DNA of 64,000 nt. Origin: Nitrospirota bacterium. Its GTDB lineage: Bacteria; Nitrospirota; Thermodesulfovibrionia; Thermodesulfovibrionales; Dissulfurispiraceae. The translations under genes were made by a program, and so were the position numbers. Positions 30,242 to 39,550 of this stretch are shown here, one piece after another. Below the pieces are notes generated by a model. It had not been told where the DNA came from, made no database searches, and was given only the letters and a program-made list of their open reading frames with translations. Every line of letters begins with the position of its first letter. Positions within the stretch are counted from its first letter, which is position 1. The stretch is taken from positions 192,001 through 256,000 of the forward strand of contig CAWBMP010000005.1 of NCBI GenBank assembly GCA_963790025.1, in the 5' to 3' direction.

Positions 30242-30883
30242 TCAAGGCAGCACTAGGCCGAATGCCTCCAGGGCTGTGCGCGTGGATTCATATCCGGCGT
30301 GATGAATGCCGTGTATATCAAGGGACTGGGCAACTTCTACAAAAATGGCACGATCGTCTATATAGACCACTTTTGACGGGGGTACTCTCGCAATGTCCAA
30401 AGCCATGCGGTATATATCCACATCCGGTTTTCTGTAATGCACGAAACAGGATGAGAGAAAGATATCGATGAACGTGTCAAGTTCGAATTTGTTGATACGG
30501 TGTATGGTAAGTTCCCTCCCCTCGTTGCTGATAGCAGCTATTTTAAGATTGTAGTGTGTTTTCAACCTGCGTATAAAATCCATCATTTCGGTAAAAGGTT
30601 TGGATTCCCCGAACATGAACGCAGTGAACTCGTTTCTTGTAAAGGTCCGCTCTTTATAGAAGACAACCTGGTATAAATAGTCGTACAGGCTCAGCTTTCC
30701 TTCCTCATAAGTGCCGTAAGTCAGGTGGTGGCGCTCGTTCATTTCTTCATAATCCAGACCGAAAGTCTTTGCAGCTTTCTTGCGTAATACCCGGTCCCAA
30801 CCGTTATTGAGCAGCACCCCGCCTATATCGAGGAATAAAGTTGTTATGGGTGAAGATCGTGTCACGCTTCTAATGTAACACAT
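30242..30883 (-). CDS. HAD family phosphatase
   Basis: FLDIGGVL, SN, RKPD..IY and IDDR motifs. Confidence 0.9.
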   Translation of the reverse strand: MCYIRSVTRSSPITTLFLDIGGVLLNNGWDRVLRKKAAKTFGLDYEEMNERHHLTYGTYEEGKLSLYDYLYQVVFYKERTFTRNEFTAFMFGESKPFTEMMDFIRRLKTHYNLKIAAISNEGRELTIHRINKFELDTFIDIFLSSCFVHYRKPDVDIYRMALDIARVPPSKVVYIDDRAIFVEVAQSLDIHGIHHAGYESTRTALEAFGLVLP

Positions 30884-30929
30884 TAAAAGGAAATGTTAAA
30901 GCCCGGTATTTACGGATTGGAGTACTTGG

Positions 30930-30958
30930 TTGCCCATCTCATTAAAATGTGGTAAGCT
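30930..30958 (+). promoter_or_regulatory. possible sigma70 promoter for the Rieske operon
   Basis: TTGCCC-17 bp-TAAGCT with extended TG. Confidence 0.4.
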
Positions 30959-31001
30959 TTTTAAGTTAATAATTTCGTCACTGCCGAGGTGAAAGAACTG
31001 C

Positions 31002-31544
31002 ATGGAGCAGAGTAGTCAAATTCCGGAAGAAGGGCCGGCAGAAGCAACCCGCAGGCGTTTTCTCAAATGGCTGATCGGTGTTCTTGCAGCTGTAAATACT
31101 ATGATAGCTGGTATCCCCTTTTTACGCTCATTGATCGGGCAACCTTCGGCTGCGGCACAAAAAAACGAATGGTTGAAGGTGGCCGCTATCGACTCACTGC
31201 CTATTGGTCAGCCGGTAGACAAACGGTTCCTGGCTGAAACCAGAGAGGCGTACCTTCATAATACAGTTTTGCGTTCGGTCTGGGTTATCAGGCATTCTCC
31301 TGAGAACATAACGGTTTTTTCTCCGATGTGCACCCACTTGGGTTGTCACTATTTATGGAACGGGCAGGCAGAAAGGTTCGAATGCCCCTGTCATGCCAGC
31401 GTGTTTGCTCTTGACGGCAGCGTGCTCGGCGGTCCGGCGCCGCGCCCCCTCGATACCCTGAAGACAAAGATTGAAAACGGGGAGCTGCTTGTGATGTGGG
31501 AGGACTTCAAACCAGGGGTTCCCGTAAAAATTCCGGTATTATGA
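31002..31544 (+). CDS. Rieske iron-sulfur subunit of a cytochrome bc complex
   Basis: Tat signal TRRRFLK; CTHLGC and CPCHAS; GPAPRPL. Confidence 0.93.
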   Translation: MEQSSQIPEEGPAEATRRRFLKWLIGVLAAVNTMIAGIPFLRSLIGQPSAAAQKNEWLKVAAIDSLPIGQPVDKRFLAETREAYLHNTVLRSVWVIRHSPENITVFSPMCTHLGCHYLWNGQAERFECPCHASVFALDGSVLGGPAPRPLDTLKTKIENGELLVMWEDFKPGVPVKIPVL

Positions 31545-31563
31545 GCATTAGGAGGAGCAATTC

Positions 31564-33519
31564 GTGATATCACGCGCGATCGGATGGATTAACCAGTGGA
31601 TCAATGAACGGTGGCCTCTCTCCAGTGTGATGCGCCTGACACTCGATGAAGAAATACCGGGCGGCTCCCGTTTTATCTACACCGAAGGCAGCGCCATTTT
31701 TCTTCTCTTTACTCTTCAGGCAGTGACAGGCATCATGCAGATATTTTTCTACGTTCCGACTGTAGACCATGCATACGATAGTCTAAGCTATTTGCGGACC
31801 GAAGTCCCCTTCGGATGGCTGATACACGGCATCCATTACTGGGGCGCCAATCTCATGATTGTGGCTGTGTCCCTGCATATGACGCGTGTTTTCATCTGGG
31901 GAGCTTACAAGAAACCGCGCGAGTTAGTCTGGCTTGCGGGAGTGCTGCTCCTGATTATCACCATGGGATTCAGTTTTACCGGCTCGCCGCTGACCTGGGA
32001 CCAGCACGGTTACTGGGCAGGTGAAGTAGGAACCAGCATAGCCGGCACAGTGCCGGTAGTCGGAGACCTGCAAAAACAATTGCTGCGCGGAGGTGAGGGC
32101 ATGGGACAGTTGACACTTTCCCGTTTTTTTGTCTTGCACACCTCTGTCCTGCCGCTGATGCTCCTCGGTATGTTTGGAATACATTTTATTGCCTTCAAGT
32201 TCCGTGGGGCCACGGGTCCATGGGATGCGCGGAAAAGGAAGGTGAATGGACCCTTCTGGCCGGACCAGGCATTTAAGGACGTAATTACCGGAACCGGTAT
32301 CTTTGTTCTGCTCATCTTTCTTTCGGTATTTGTCCGGCCTGTTTTCTGGGGGCCTGTCGACATTCTGGACACGAGTTATGTGCCAAAACCTGATTGGAAT
32401 TTTCTCTTTCTATACCAGTCGCTGAAGTATTTTCAGGGACCGCTCGAACCTGTCGGCACCGTGGGGGTGCCTCAAGTCATAGTAACGCTTCTCGTCTTGT
32501 TGCCTTTTATTGACCGCAATCCTGAAAAGAACCCATTCCGCCGGCCTTTTGTTATGTTATGTGGTCTTATTTTTGCCGCAACAATCACTACTCTGACGTT
32601 TCTCGGCTATTACAGCCGGGGCTTTGCCGAGATGCCGGGCGCGAGTTCTGCAACGCCTGTAAAACAATCAGCGGCGGGGAACCTGCAGCAGGCACAAAGC
32701 GGCGCCGATTTAAAAGTATTTCAATCTGCCGGATGCACGGCTTGCCATGCTGTGGAAGGCACGGGCGGCACCGCGGGTCCGGCATTGTCGAGGGCGTCAC
32801 TCAGCGGGAAAGGCCGCGAATGGACTGTCCAGCAGATACGCAACCCAAGATCACATAATCCCAATACCATCATGCCTGCATTCACCTCTCTGTCCGGTCA
32901 GCAGGTTGACACAATAGTTTCATTTCTCGTCGGTCCGGGTGAACGTCAAGGCAGTGCCGCGAAAACTGCCGCTACAGTGCAGCAGTCACCGCAGACTGAA
33001 AATCGGAAAAAACCGGGAGAAGAGCGTTCTGTCCCCGTACAAGCAGAGTCATGGGTCGTGGCTGGAGAAGCCGCGCACGTGATCGGTAATAGCGAACGAG
33101 GTGGCACAGCATTTAAAAATTATTGTTCCAGTTGCCATGGAATTAAAGGGACTGCCGGTATTCCGAATCCCGGTTCCGATCGAGGCAAGGTACCGCGGCT
33201 CACTCCTATAGAGCGTGAATTATACAGCAAAGACCCGAAGGTCTTCGCGCAAAATATAGACCGCTTTATACAGCACGGCTCGGTGCCTTCCGGCGACAGG
33301 CCTTCGCTCAGCATGCCTGCCTTCGGCGATACCCATGCGATTACACAGCAGGAGATCGCTAATATCGAGGCATATGTCATGAGCTTAAACGGCGTTGACC
33401 GTGCGCAGATTATCAATCCTGGAATGGAGCCGCGCAGTTTCTTTATTTTGGTCGCTGCCGTTTATGTTCTCATACTTTTCATTCAGGGTGGTTTGAGGGT
33501 AAAGAGGAATATTATCTAA
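31564..33519 (+). CDS. cytochrome b fused to two c-type cytochrome domains
   Basis: IHYWGANLM...LHMTRVF, RFFVLH...IH, Qo-type PKPDWNFL, CTACH and CSSCH, C-terminal TM. Confidence 0.9.
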   Translation: MISRAIGWINQWINERWPLSSVMRLTLDEEIPGGSRFIYTEGSAIFLLFTLQAVTGIMQIFFYVPTVDHAYDSLSYLRTEVPFGWLIHGIHYWGANLMIVAVSLHMTRVFIWGAYKKPRELVWLAGVLLLIITMGFSFTGSPLTWDQHGYWAGEVGTSIAGTVPVVGDLQKQLLRGGEGMGQLTLSRFFVLHTSVLPLMLLGMFGIHFIAFKFRGATGPWDARKRKVNGPFWPDQAFKDVITGTGIFVLLIFLSVFVRPVFWGPVDILDTSYVPKPDWNFLFLYQSLKYFQGPLEPVGTVGVPQVIVTLLVLLPFIDRNPEKNPFRRPFVMLCGLIFAATITTLTFLGYYSRGFAEMPGASSATPVKQSAAGNLQQAQSGADLKVFQSAGCTACHAVEGTGGTAGPALSRASLSGKGREWTVQQIRNPRSHNPNTIMPAFTSLSGQQVDTIVSFLVGPGERQGSAAKTAATVQQSPQTENRKKPGEERSVPVQAESWVVAGEAAHVIGNSERGGTAFKNYCSSCHGIKGTAGIPNPGSDRGKVPRLTPIERELYSKDPKVFAQNIDRFIQHGSVPSGDRPSLSMPAFGDTHAITQQEIANIEAYVMSLNGVDRAQIINPGMEPRSFFILVAAVYVLILFIQGGLRVKRNII

Positions 33520-33618
33520 AACAGGCCATAGGAAAAGGTCAAAGGTTAACTGTCAGCGGTCAACTGGAAAAGGCCTGTCGCATATAGCGTGCAGCCGGAT
33601 TATTGAAAGGATAAAAAC

Positions 33619-34587
33619 ATGCAAATAGGAATGATCGGACTTGGGAAAATGGGGATGAATATGGCAAAACGCCTGCTCAAGGGCAGGCATGCGGTCATTT
33701 TGTACGACCAATCTCCTGGAATGGCCAAAAAGGCCGCGCAGAGGACACGGGGGGCCAGGGCCGCATCTTCGCTTGAGGAGACGGCTGCTCTTCTGAAACC
33801 GCCGCGCGTTGTATGGCTGATGATCCCGGCCGGCAAGCCTGTTGACGATACTATCGGGTATCTGAAAGGAGTGCTTGGCGATGGAGACCTTGTCATTGAC
33901 GGTGGGAACAGCTTTTACAAGGACGATATACGGCATGCGCAGCAACTGGGAGAACGCGGCATAAGGTATATGGATGTCGGTGTCAGCGGCGGTATATGGG
34001 GACTCAAAGAGGGATACTGTCTGATGGCAGGGGGAGACAAAAAAGATTATAAACATATAGAGCCGATATTGAAGACCCTTGCTCCAAAAGGGGGCTATCT
34101 GTACTGCGGTCCCGTCGGTGCAGGACATTTTGTGAAAATGGTGCACAACGGCATTGAGTACGGCCTCATGGCCGCTTATGGAGAAGGGTTCCAGATTTTA
34201 CATGGCTCGCCTTACTCTGCAGATCTGGAACTTGGAAATATTGCTCGTCTCTGGAACCGCGGCAGTGTGGTGAGGTCCTGGCTGCTCGAACTTGTGGAAG
34301 ACGTTTTCAAGCAGGATAAGGACCTTTCCCGGATCAAGGGATACGTGGAGGATTCAGGTGAAGGGCGGTGGACCGTAGAGCAGGCGATTGAGTCCGGCGT
34401 CCCTGCGCCGCTGACAGCGATAGCGCTGTTTGACAGATTTCGTTCCAGAGAGACCGAGTCCTTTTCGGATAAACTGCAGGCGGCCTTGCGAAAAGAATTC
34501 GGCGGCCACGCCGTTGTAACGGAAGGTCAAAAGCAAGCAGACGGACGGGCGAAAAAAACAGGGCGTTTAAGAGGCGGGAAGGCATGA
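33619..34587 (+). CDS. gnd: 6-phosphogluconate dehydrogenase (short, decarboxylating)
   Basis: GLGKMG, IDGGNS, DVGVSGG, GHFVKMVHNGIEY, DSGEGRWT, FGGH. Confidence 0.95.
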   Translation: MQIGMIGLGKMGMNMAKRLLKGRHAVILYDQSPGMAKKAAQRTRGARAASSLEETAALLKPPRVVWLMIPAGKPVDDTIGYLKGVLGDGDLVIDGGNSFYKDDIRHAQQLGERGIRYMDVGVSGGIWGLKEGYCLMAGGDKKDYKHIEPILKTLAPKGGYLYCGPVGAGHFVKMVHNGIEYGLMAAYGEGFQILHGSPYSADLELGNIARLWNRGSVVRSWLLELVEDVFKQDKDLSRIKGYVEDSGEGRWTVEQAIESGVPAPLTAIALFDRFRSRETESFSDKLQAALRKEFGGHAVVTEGQKQADGRAKKTGRLRGGKA

Positions 34588-34994
34588 ATATGCAGCCGGC
34601 ACATACAGTTGCCCTCTGGCCTCTGGCAGTTTACTTTGCTGCTGTCATCGGTCTCATTGCATCCATGATCGTCATTTCCTACGTTCTGGGTCAGAGGCAT
34701 AAAGATCGGCTGACAGGAGAGCCGTATGAGTCGGGCATTATGCCGACGGGTTCTGCACATGTGCGCTTCGATATCAAGTTCTATCTCGTCTCCATGTTCT
34801 TTGTAATATTTGATCTCGAAGCCGTCTTTATCTATGCATGGGCTGTTTCTGTCCGTGAGGTCGGATGGGCCGGGTACGTTGAAATATTGATCTTCATCGG
34901 AATACTGATGTCCGGACTTGTCTATCTGTGGAGAATCGGCGCGCTGGACTGGGGCACGAGTAAGAGACTGGAAATAAAAACCAAAAAAAATTAA
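34584..34994 (+). CDS. nuoA: NADH-quinone oxidoreductase subunit A
   Basis: PYESGI, FYLVSMFFVIFDLE, GALDW. Confidence 0.96.
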   Translation: MNMQPAHTVALWPLAVYFAAVIGLIASMIVISYVLGQRHKDRLTGEPYESGIMPTGSAHVRFDIKFYLVSMFFVIFDLEAVFIYAWAVSVREVGWAGYVEILIFIGILMSGLVYLWRIGALDWGTSKRLEIKTKKN

Positions 34995-35116
34995 ACCACA
35001 GAGGCTTGGAGACACGGAGAAAGATGCTGATAAGAAGAAAAGGATCAGAGGAAAACCTGGAATAATGCCTTTTCACTTTTTAAATATTGTCTCTGCGACT
35101 CTGTGTCTCTGTGGTT
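34994..35116. repeat. intergenic palindromic element AACCACAGAG...CTCTGTGGTT
   Basis: Inverted ends fill the nuoA-nuoB gap; same family as 37588-37719. Confidence 0.75.
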
Positions 35117-35139
35117 GATTCTTAAAGGGGAAGTTCGGT

Positions 35140-35772
35140 ATGCAATGGTCACTACATAAGCCAGGGGACCCGGGGAGGCCCGATGCAGATCCTCACGTAG
35201 ACGCTGTCAGGGGCAACCTTGTTTTTACCCGTCTTCAGGACCTTATTGCATGGGGCAGGAAGAATTCGATCTGGCCTTTCAATTTCGGACTTTCCTGCTG
35301 TTTTGTTGAAATGGCTACAAGCCTTACAAGCAAGTATGATATTGCCAGGTTCGGCGCCGAGGTGCTTCGCGCCACTCCCAGAGAGGCAGATCTGATGGTT
35401 ATCGCCGGCACGGTCTTTATAAAGGCGGCGCCGATTGTTGAAAGGCTCTACCAGCAGATGATGCTGCCGAGGTGGGTGATCTCAATGGGATCGTGCGCCA
35501 ACTCGGGGGGGATGTACGACATCTACAGCGTAGTTCAGGGAGTGGATTCGTTTCTTCCCGTAGACGTTTATATACCGGGATGTCCTCCGCGCCCCGAGGC
35601 CTTTATGGATGGGCTCCTTCTGCTCAGAGATGCTGTGGGCAAGGAACGGAGGCCCCTGAGCTGGGTGATAGGACCGCAAGGTGTTGAGCGGCAGGAACGC
35701 CCCATAATGCGCGACCTCAAGAGGGACGCAAGGCGGCAAGTTACTGAATTGCCTTCCCCTGACAAGATATAA
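35140..35772 (+). CDS. nuoB: NADH-quinone oxidoreductase subunit B
   Basis: [29 protein letters not shown]. Confidence 0.97.
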   Translation: MQWSLHKPGDPGRPDADPHVDAVRGNLVFTRLQDLIAWGRKNSIWPFNFGLSCCFVEMATSLTSKYDIARFGAEVLRATPREADLMVIAGTVFIKAAPIVERLYQQMMLPRWVISMGSCANSGGMYDIYSVVQGVDSFLPVDVYIPGCPPRPEAFMDGLLLLRDAVGKERRPLSWVIGPQGVERQERPIMRDLKRDARRQVTELPSPDKI

Positions 35773-35813
35773 GAACAGGCAAGAGGTTAAAGGTTAAAGG
35801 TAACAGAGTTAAG

Positions 35814-37571
35814 GTGAATGGCGAGGTCGATATCATACGGGAATTGCAGCGCAGGTACGGTGATCAATTTTTTACGGCGCAGACAACGTGCGACGGCGTG
35901 CCTACGCTATGGGTGCAGAAGGAAAAGGTGCGGGATGCGCTCCGATACCTTAATTGTGAAGCGGACCGCCCCTATCGCACATTATATGATCTGACCGCTA
36001 TAGATGAACGTGTCCGCAAGCACCGGCACGACCAGCCTGACAGCGATTTTACGGTAGTCTATCATTTGTTGTCTTATGAGCGTAATGAGGACATTCGAAT
36101 CAAAGTTGCGCTCAAGGGAGAAAATCCTTCTATCGCTACTGTTACGGATGTCTGGCCGTCGGCCGACTGGTATGAGCGTGAACTATGGGACATGTTCGGA
36201 GTAACGGTAGAAGGCCATCCCAACCTTCGCAGGATCCTGATGCCCCCGCTCTGGAAGGGCCATCCCCTTCGCAAAGAACATCCTGCCCGCGGCACCGAAC
36301 TGGGTCCTTTTCCCCTGACGGTGAAGAGGGAGGAGGCCGAAGAACAGGCGTTGAAATTCAGACCTGAGGATTTGGGTTTGGGAGGTGAAGGCGGGCTGCC
36401 CGACGGGACCGAGTTGATGTACCTCAACCTCGGGCCTCACCATGCCGGGACGCACGGCATACTCCGCATCATGCTCGCTCTCGATGGCGAGGAAATCACC
36501 GATGCGGTACTCGATATCGGTTATCACCATCGCGGGGCTGAGAAAATGGGTGAGCGGCAGTCCTGGCATACCTTTATACCTTATACTGACCGCATTGATT
36601 ATATGGCCGGGGTTTTGAATAACTTTCCCTATGTCCTGGCTGTGGAAAAACTTGCCGGCATTGAGGTGCCTGACAGGGCAAAAGTGATAAGGATCATGAT
36701 TGCCGAACTGTTCCGCATTATCAGCCATCTTGTCTTTTACGGCACTTTTGCGCAGGATGTGGGTCAGCTTTCTCCGGTATTTTTTACGTTCAGCGACCGC
36801 GAACGCGCCTTTGATATTATTCAGGCCATATGCGGAGGCCGTATGCATCCAAGCTGGTTCAGGATCGGCGGTGTGGCACAGGACCTGCCGGACGGCTGGG
36901 ACTCCATAATGCGCGATTTTCTCACGTATCTGCCCTCAAGACTTGACGAGTACGATAAGATGGTTATGCAGAACAGCATTATAAAAGGCCGCACTAAAGG
37001 TGTCGGGACTATCACCCTCGATGAAGCAATTCAATGGGGCGTCACCGGTCCCAACCTCCGCGCCTGCGGCTTTGAATGGGACTTCAGGAAAAAAAGGCCA
37101 TACTCGGGATATGAACAGTTTGAATTCGATGTCCCTACCGGTGTGAACGGGGACTGCTATGACAGGGTGGCAGTGCGCGTTCAGGAAATGCGCGAGAGTT
37201 TGCGCATTATCGGGCAGTGTATCGACAATATGCCGCCGGGCCCTTACAAATCGGACCATCCGCTGGCAACACCCCCGCTTAAGGAACACACGATGCACGA
37301 CATAGAAACGCTCATCACTCACTTTCTCAATGTAAGCTGGGGGCCTGTTGTTCCTCCTGGTGAGGCTGCGGCGGGCATAGAGGGTGCAAAAGGGAACAAT
37401 ACATATTATCTTATCAGCGACGGCAATACATCATCATATCGCACACGCATCCGCACCCCGTCCTTCCCCAATCTGCAGACCGTGCCTTTGATGGCCCGCG
37501 GTCTGGAGATTGCTGACCTGATAGCTATTATAGCTACCATCGATTACGTCCTGGGAGATGTGGACAGATGA
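35814..37571 (+). CDS. nuoCD: NADH-quinone oxidoreductase fused subunit C/D
   Basis: [11 protein letters not shown]...GHPLRK followed by LNLGPHH...[11 protein letters not shown], ending DVDR. Confidence 0.96.
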   Translation: MNGEVDIIRELQRRYGDQFFTAQTTCDGVPTLWVQKEKVRDALRYLNCEADRPYRTLYDLTAIDERVRKHRHDQPDSDFTVVYHLLSYERNEDIRIKVALKGENPSIATVTDVWPSADWYERELWDMFGVTVEGHPNLRRILMPPLWKGHPLRKEHPARGTELGPFPLTVKREEAEEQALKFRPEDLGLGGEGGLPDGTELMYLNLGPHHAGTHGILRIMLALDGEEITDAVLDIGYHHRGAEKMGERQSWHTFIPYTDRIDYMAGVLNNFPYVLAVEKLAGIEVPDRAKVIRIMIAELFRIISHLVFYGTFAQDVGQLSPVFFTFSDRERAFDIIQAICGGRMHPSWFRIGGVAQDLPDGWDSIMRDFLTYLPSRLDEYDKMVMQNSIIKGRTKGVGTITLDEAIQWGVTGPNLRACGFEWDFRKKRPYSGYEQFEFDVPTGVNGDCYDRVAVRVQEMRESLRIIGQCIDNMPPGPYKSDHPLATPPLKEHTMHDIETLITHFLNVSWGPVVPPGEAAAGIEGAKGNNTYYLISDGNTSSYRTRIRTPSFPNLQTVPLMARGLEIADLIAIIATIDYVLGDVDR

Positions 37572-37587
37572 AAAGTAAAAAATATGA

Positions 37588-37719
37588 AACCACAGGGAAC
37601 ACAGAGAACGCCTCTGTAAGAAAGATTAAAGAAAGGATAAAAAGACTATGAGGGCACAGAGAAGAGATTTTTTTAAATCTCTGTATACTTTAGGAAGTTT
37701 CTCTGTGTCCTCTGTGGTT
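37588..37719. repeat. intergenic palindromic element (ACCACAG...ACACAGAG family)
   Basis: 21-bp inverted arms, 19/21 complementary, with an internal nested arm. Confidence 0.8.
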
Positions 37720-37733
37720 AATTTTTTTGAATT

Positions 37734-38210
37734 ATGTTGACGGAAAAGGAAATAGAAGAGATCGAAAAGGAACTCCGGCAGTGCGAGCATAAACGGGCAG
37801 CTTGCGTTGAGGCTCTTAAGATCGTACAGCGTGACCGCGGATGGATTTCCGATGAAAGCATCTGTGAGATTGCCCGGCTCCTGGAGATGACTCCCGAAGA
37901 GCTCGACAGCGTGGCGACTTTTTACAACCTTATTTTCCGCCGGCAGGTGGGCAGCCATGTCATCCTGATTTGCACTACGATAAGCTGTTGGGTGATGGGA
38001 TACGAGGACCTCCTCGATTACTTGCAGGAGCGGCTGGGGATCAAACCCGGAGAAACTACCGCCGACGGCAGGTTCACCTTGCTGCCCGTACCCTGTCTCG
38101 GCGCCTGTGACGGAGCGCCCGCAATCATGATGGATGACCTGCTTTATACCAATGTAAGCCGCGCTATTATTGATGATATGCTCAGCGCCTGTTGCGGGGG
38201 GCAAAGATGA
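37734..38210 (+). CDS. nuoE: NADH-quinone oxidoreductase subunit E
   Basis: VATFY, CTTISC, CLGAC. Confidence 0.96.
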   Translation: MLTEKEIEEIEKELRQCEHKRAACVEALKIVQRDRGWISDESICEIARLLEMTPEELDSVATFYNLIFRRQVGSHVILICTTISCWVMGYEDLLDYLQERLGIKPGETTADGRFTLLPVPCLGACDGAPAIMMDDLLYTNVSRAIIDDMLSACCGGQR

Positions 38211-39490
38211 TGGAATGTCCGCTTACCGGAAACATGAGGTCCGACGGCTTACCTCTGAGCATAAAGGAATACGAAGAGAAGGGCGGTTATCAGGCGGCGA
38301 AGAAGGCAGTGCAGGGCATGGCGCCGAAGGCGGTGCAGGAACTGGTAATGAATGCCAACCTGAGGGGCCGCGGCGGTGCGGGCTTCAACACCGGACAGAA
38401 GTGGAGCTTTGTTCCAATGGGCGATGCAGCGCCGCGTCCGAAGTACCTCATCGTTAATGCCGATGAGATGGAACCCGGAACCTTCAAGGACCGCATGCTG
38501 ATGGAGAAAAACCCGCATCAGCTGATAGAGGGAATGATTATCGGCGCCTTTGCAATACAGGCGGATATCTCTTATATATTCCTGAGGTGCGAATATAAGC
38601 TCGCTGAAAAGCGCCTGGGAGCCGCTATAGCAGAGGCATACGGCCGTCATTATCTAGGGAAGAATGTTTTCGGCTCCGGGTACAGTCTGCAGATGCGTCT
38701 GCATTCCAGCGCTGGCCGGTATATATGCGGCGAGGAAACGGCACTGCTGAATGCGCTGGAAGGGAAGCGGCCTACGCCGAGGGCGAAACCGCCTTTTCCG
38801 CAGGTGAGCGGCTTGTGGGGCAAACCTACGGTCGTTAATAATGTCGAGACACTTTGCAATGTGCCGCATATTGTAGATAAGGGTGCGGAGTGGTACAAGG
38901 GTCTCAGCCGCAGCCAGGACAGTGGGACCAAGATATACGGCGTCAGCGGGAGGGTAAGAAAGCCGGGTTTGTGGGAACTGCCGATGGGAACGACCATGAG
39001 AGAAATAATCGAGGAGCACGCGCGTGGCATGCGGGAAGGGTACCGGTTCCGCAGCGTTATCCCTGGCGGGGCCTCTACGGAGTTTCTCACTGAAGAGCAT
39101 CTGGACCTGAAAATGGATTTCGACTCGGTGCAGAAAGCCGGGAGCCGCCTGGGAACAGGCACAATGATTGTTATCGATGATCATACCTGTCCGGTAGGCG
39201 CCGTGCACAATATAGAGCAATTTTTTGCCCAGGAGTCCTGCGGATGGTGTACGCCATGCAGGGAAGGCTTGCCGTGGGTGGCAAGCATCCTCGGCGCTAT
39301 CGAAAACGGTCAGGGCAGGCCCGAAGATATGGAATTACTGGAACAGCACACAGACACTTTATGGCTGAACAAAACCTATTGTGCACTGGCGCCCGGTGCG
39401 ATGGAGCCCCTTAAGAGTGCGCTGAAAATATTCAGGGACGATTTTATGAGGCATATCACGGAAAAACGCTGTCCGTATAAAGACAGGTAA
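38207..39490 (+). CDS. nuoF: NADH-quinone oxidoreductase subunit F
   Basis: LRGRGGAGF, NADEMEPGTFKDR, YICGEETAL, ESCGWCTPCREG. Confidence 0.97.
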   Translation: MMECPLTGNMRSDGLPLSIKEYEEKGGYQAAKKAVQGMAPKAVQELVMNANLRGRGGAGFNTGQKWSFVPMGDAAPRPKYLIVNADEMEPGTFKDRMLMEKNPHQLIEGMIIGAFAIQADISYIFLRCEYKLAEKRLGAAIAEAYGRHYLGKNVFGSGYSLQMRLHSSAGRYICGEETALLNALEGKRPTPRAKPPFPQVSGLWGKPTVVNNVETLCNVPHIVDKGAEWYKGLSRSQDSGTKIYGVSGRVRKPGLWELPMGTTMREIIEEHARGMREGYRFRSVIPGGASTEFLTEEHLDLKMDFDSVQKAGSRLGTGTMIVIDDHTCPVGAVHNIEQFFAQESCGWCTPCREGLPWVASILGAIENGQGRPEDMELLEQHTDTLWLNKTYCALAPGAMEPLKSALKIFRDDFMRHITEKRCPYKDR

Positions 39491-39550
39491 AGGTAGAGGT
39501 AAAGGTTGAGGGTAAGGTCGATAAATGAAGGGACCCGGATTTAATTAGCA

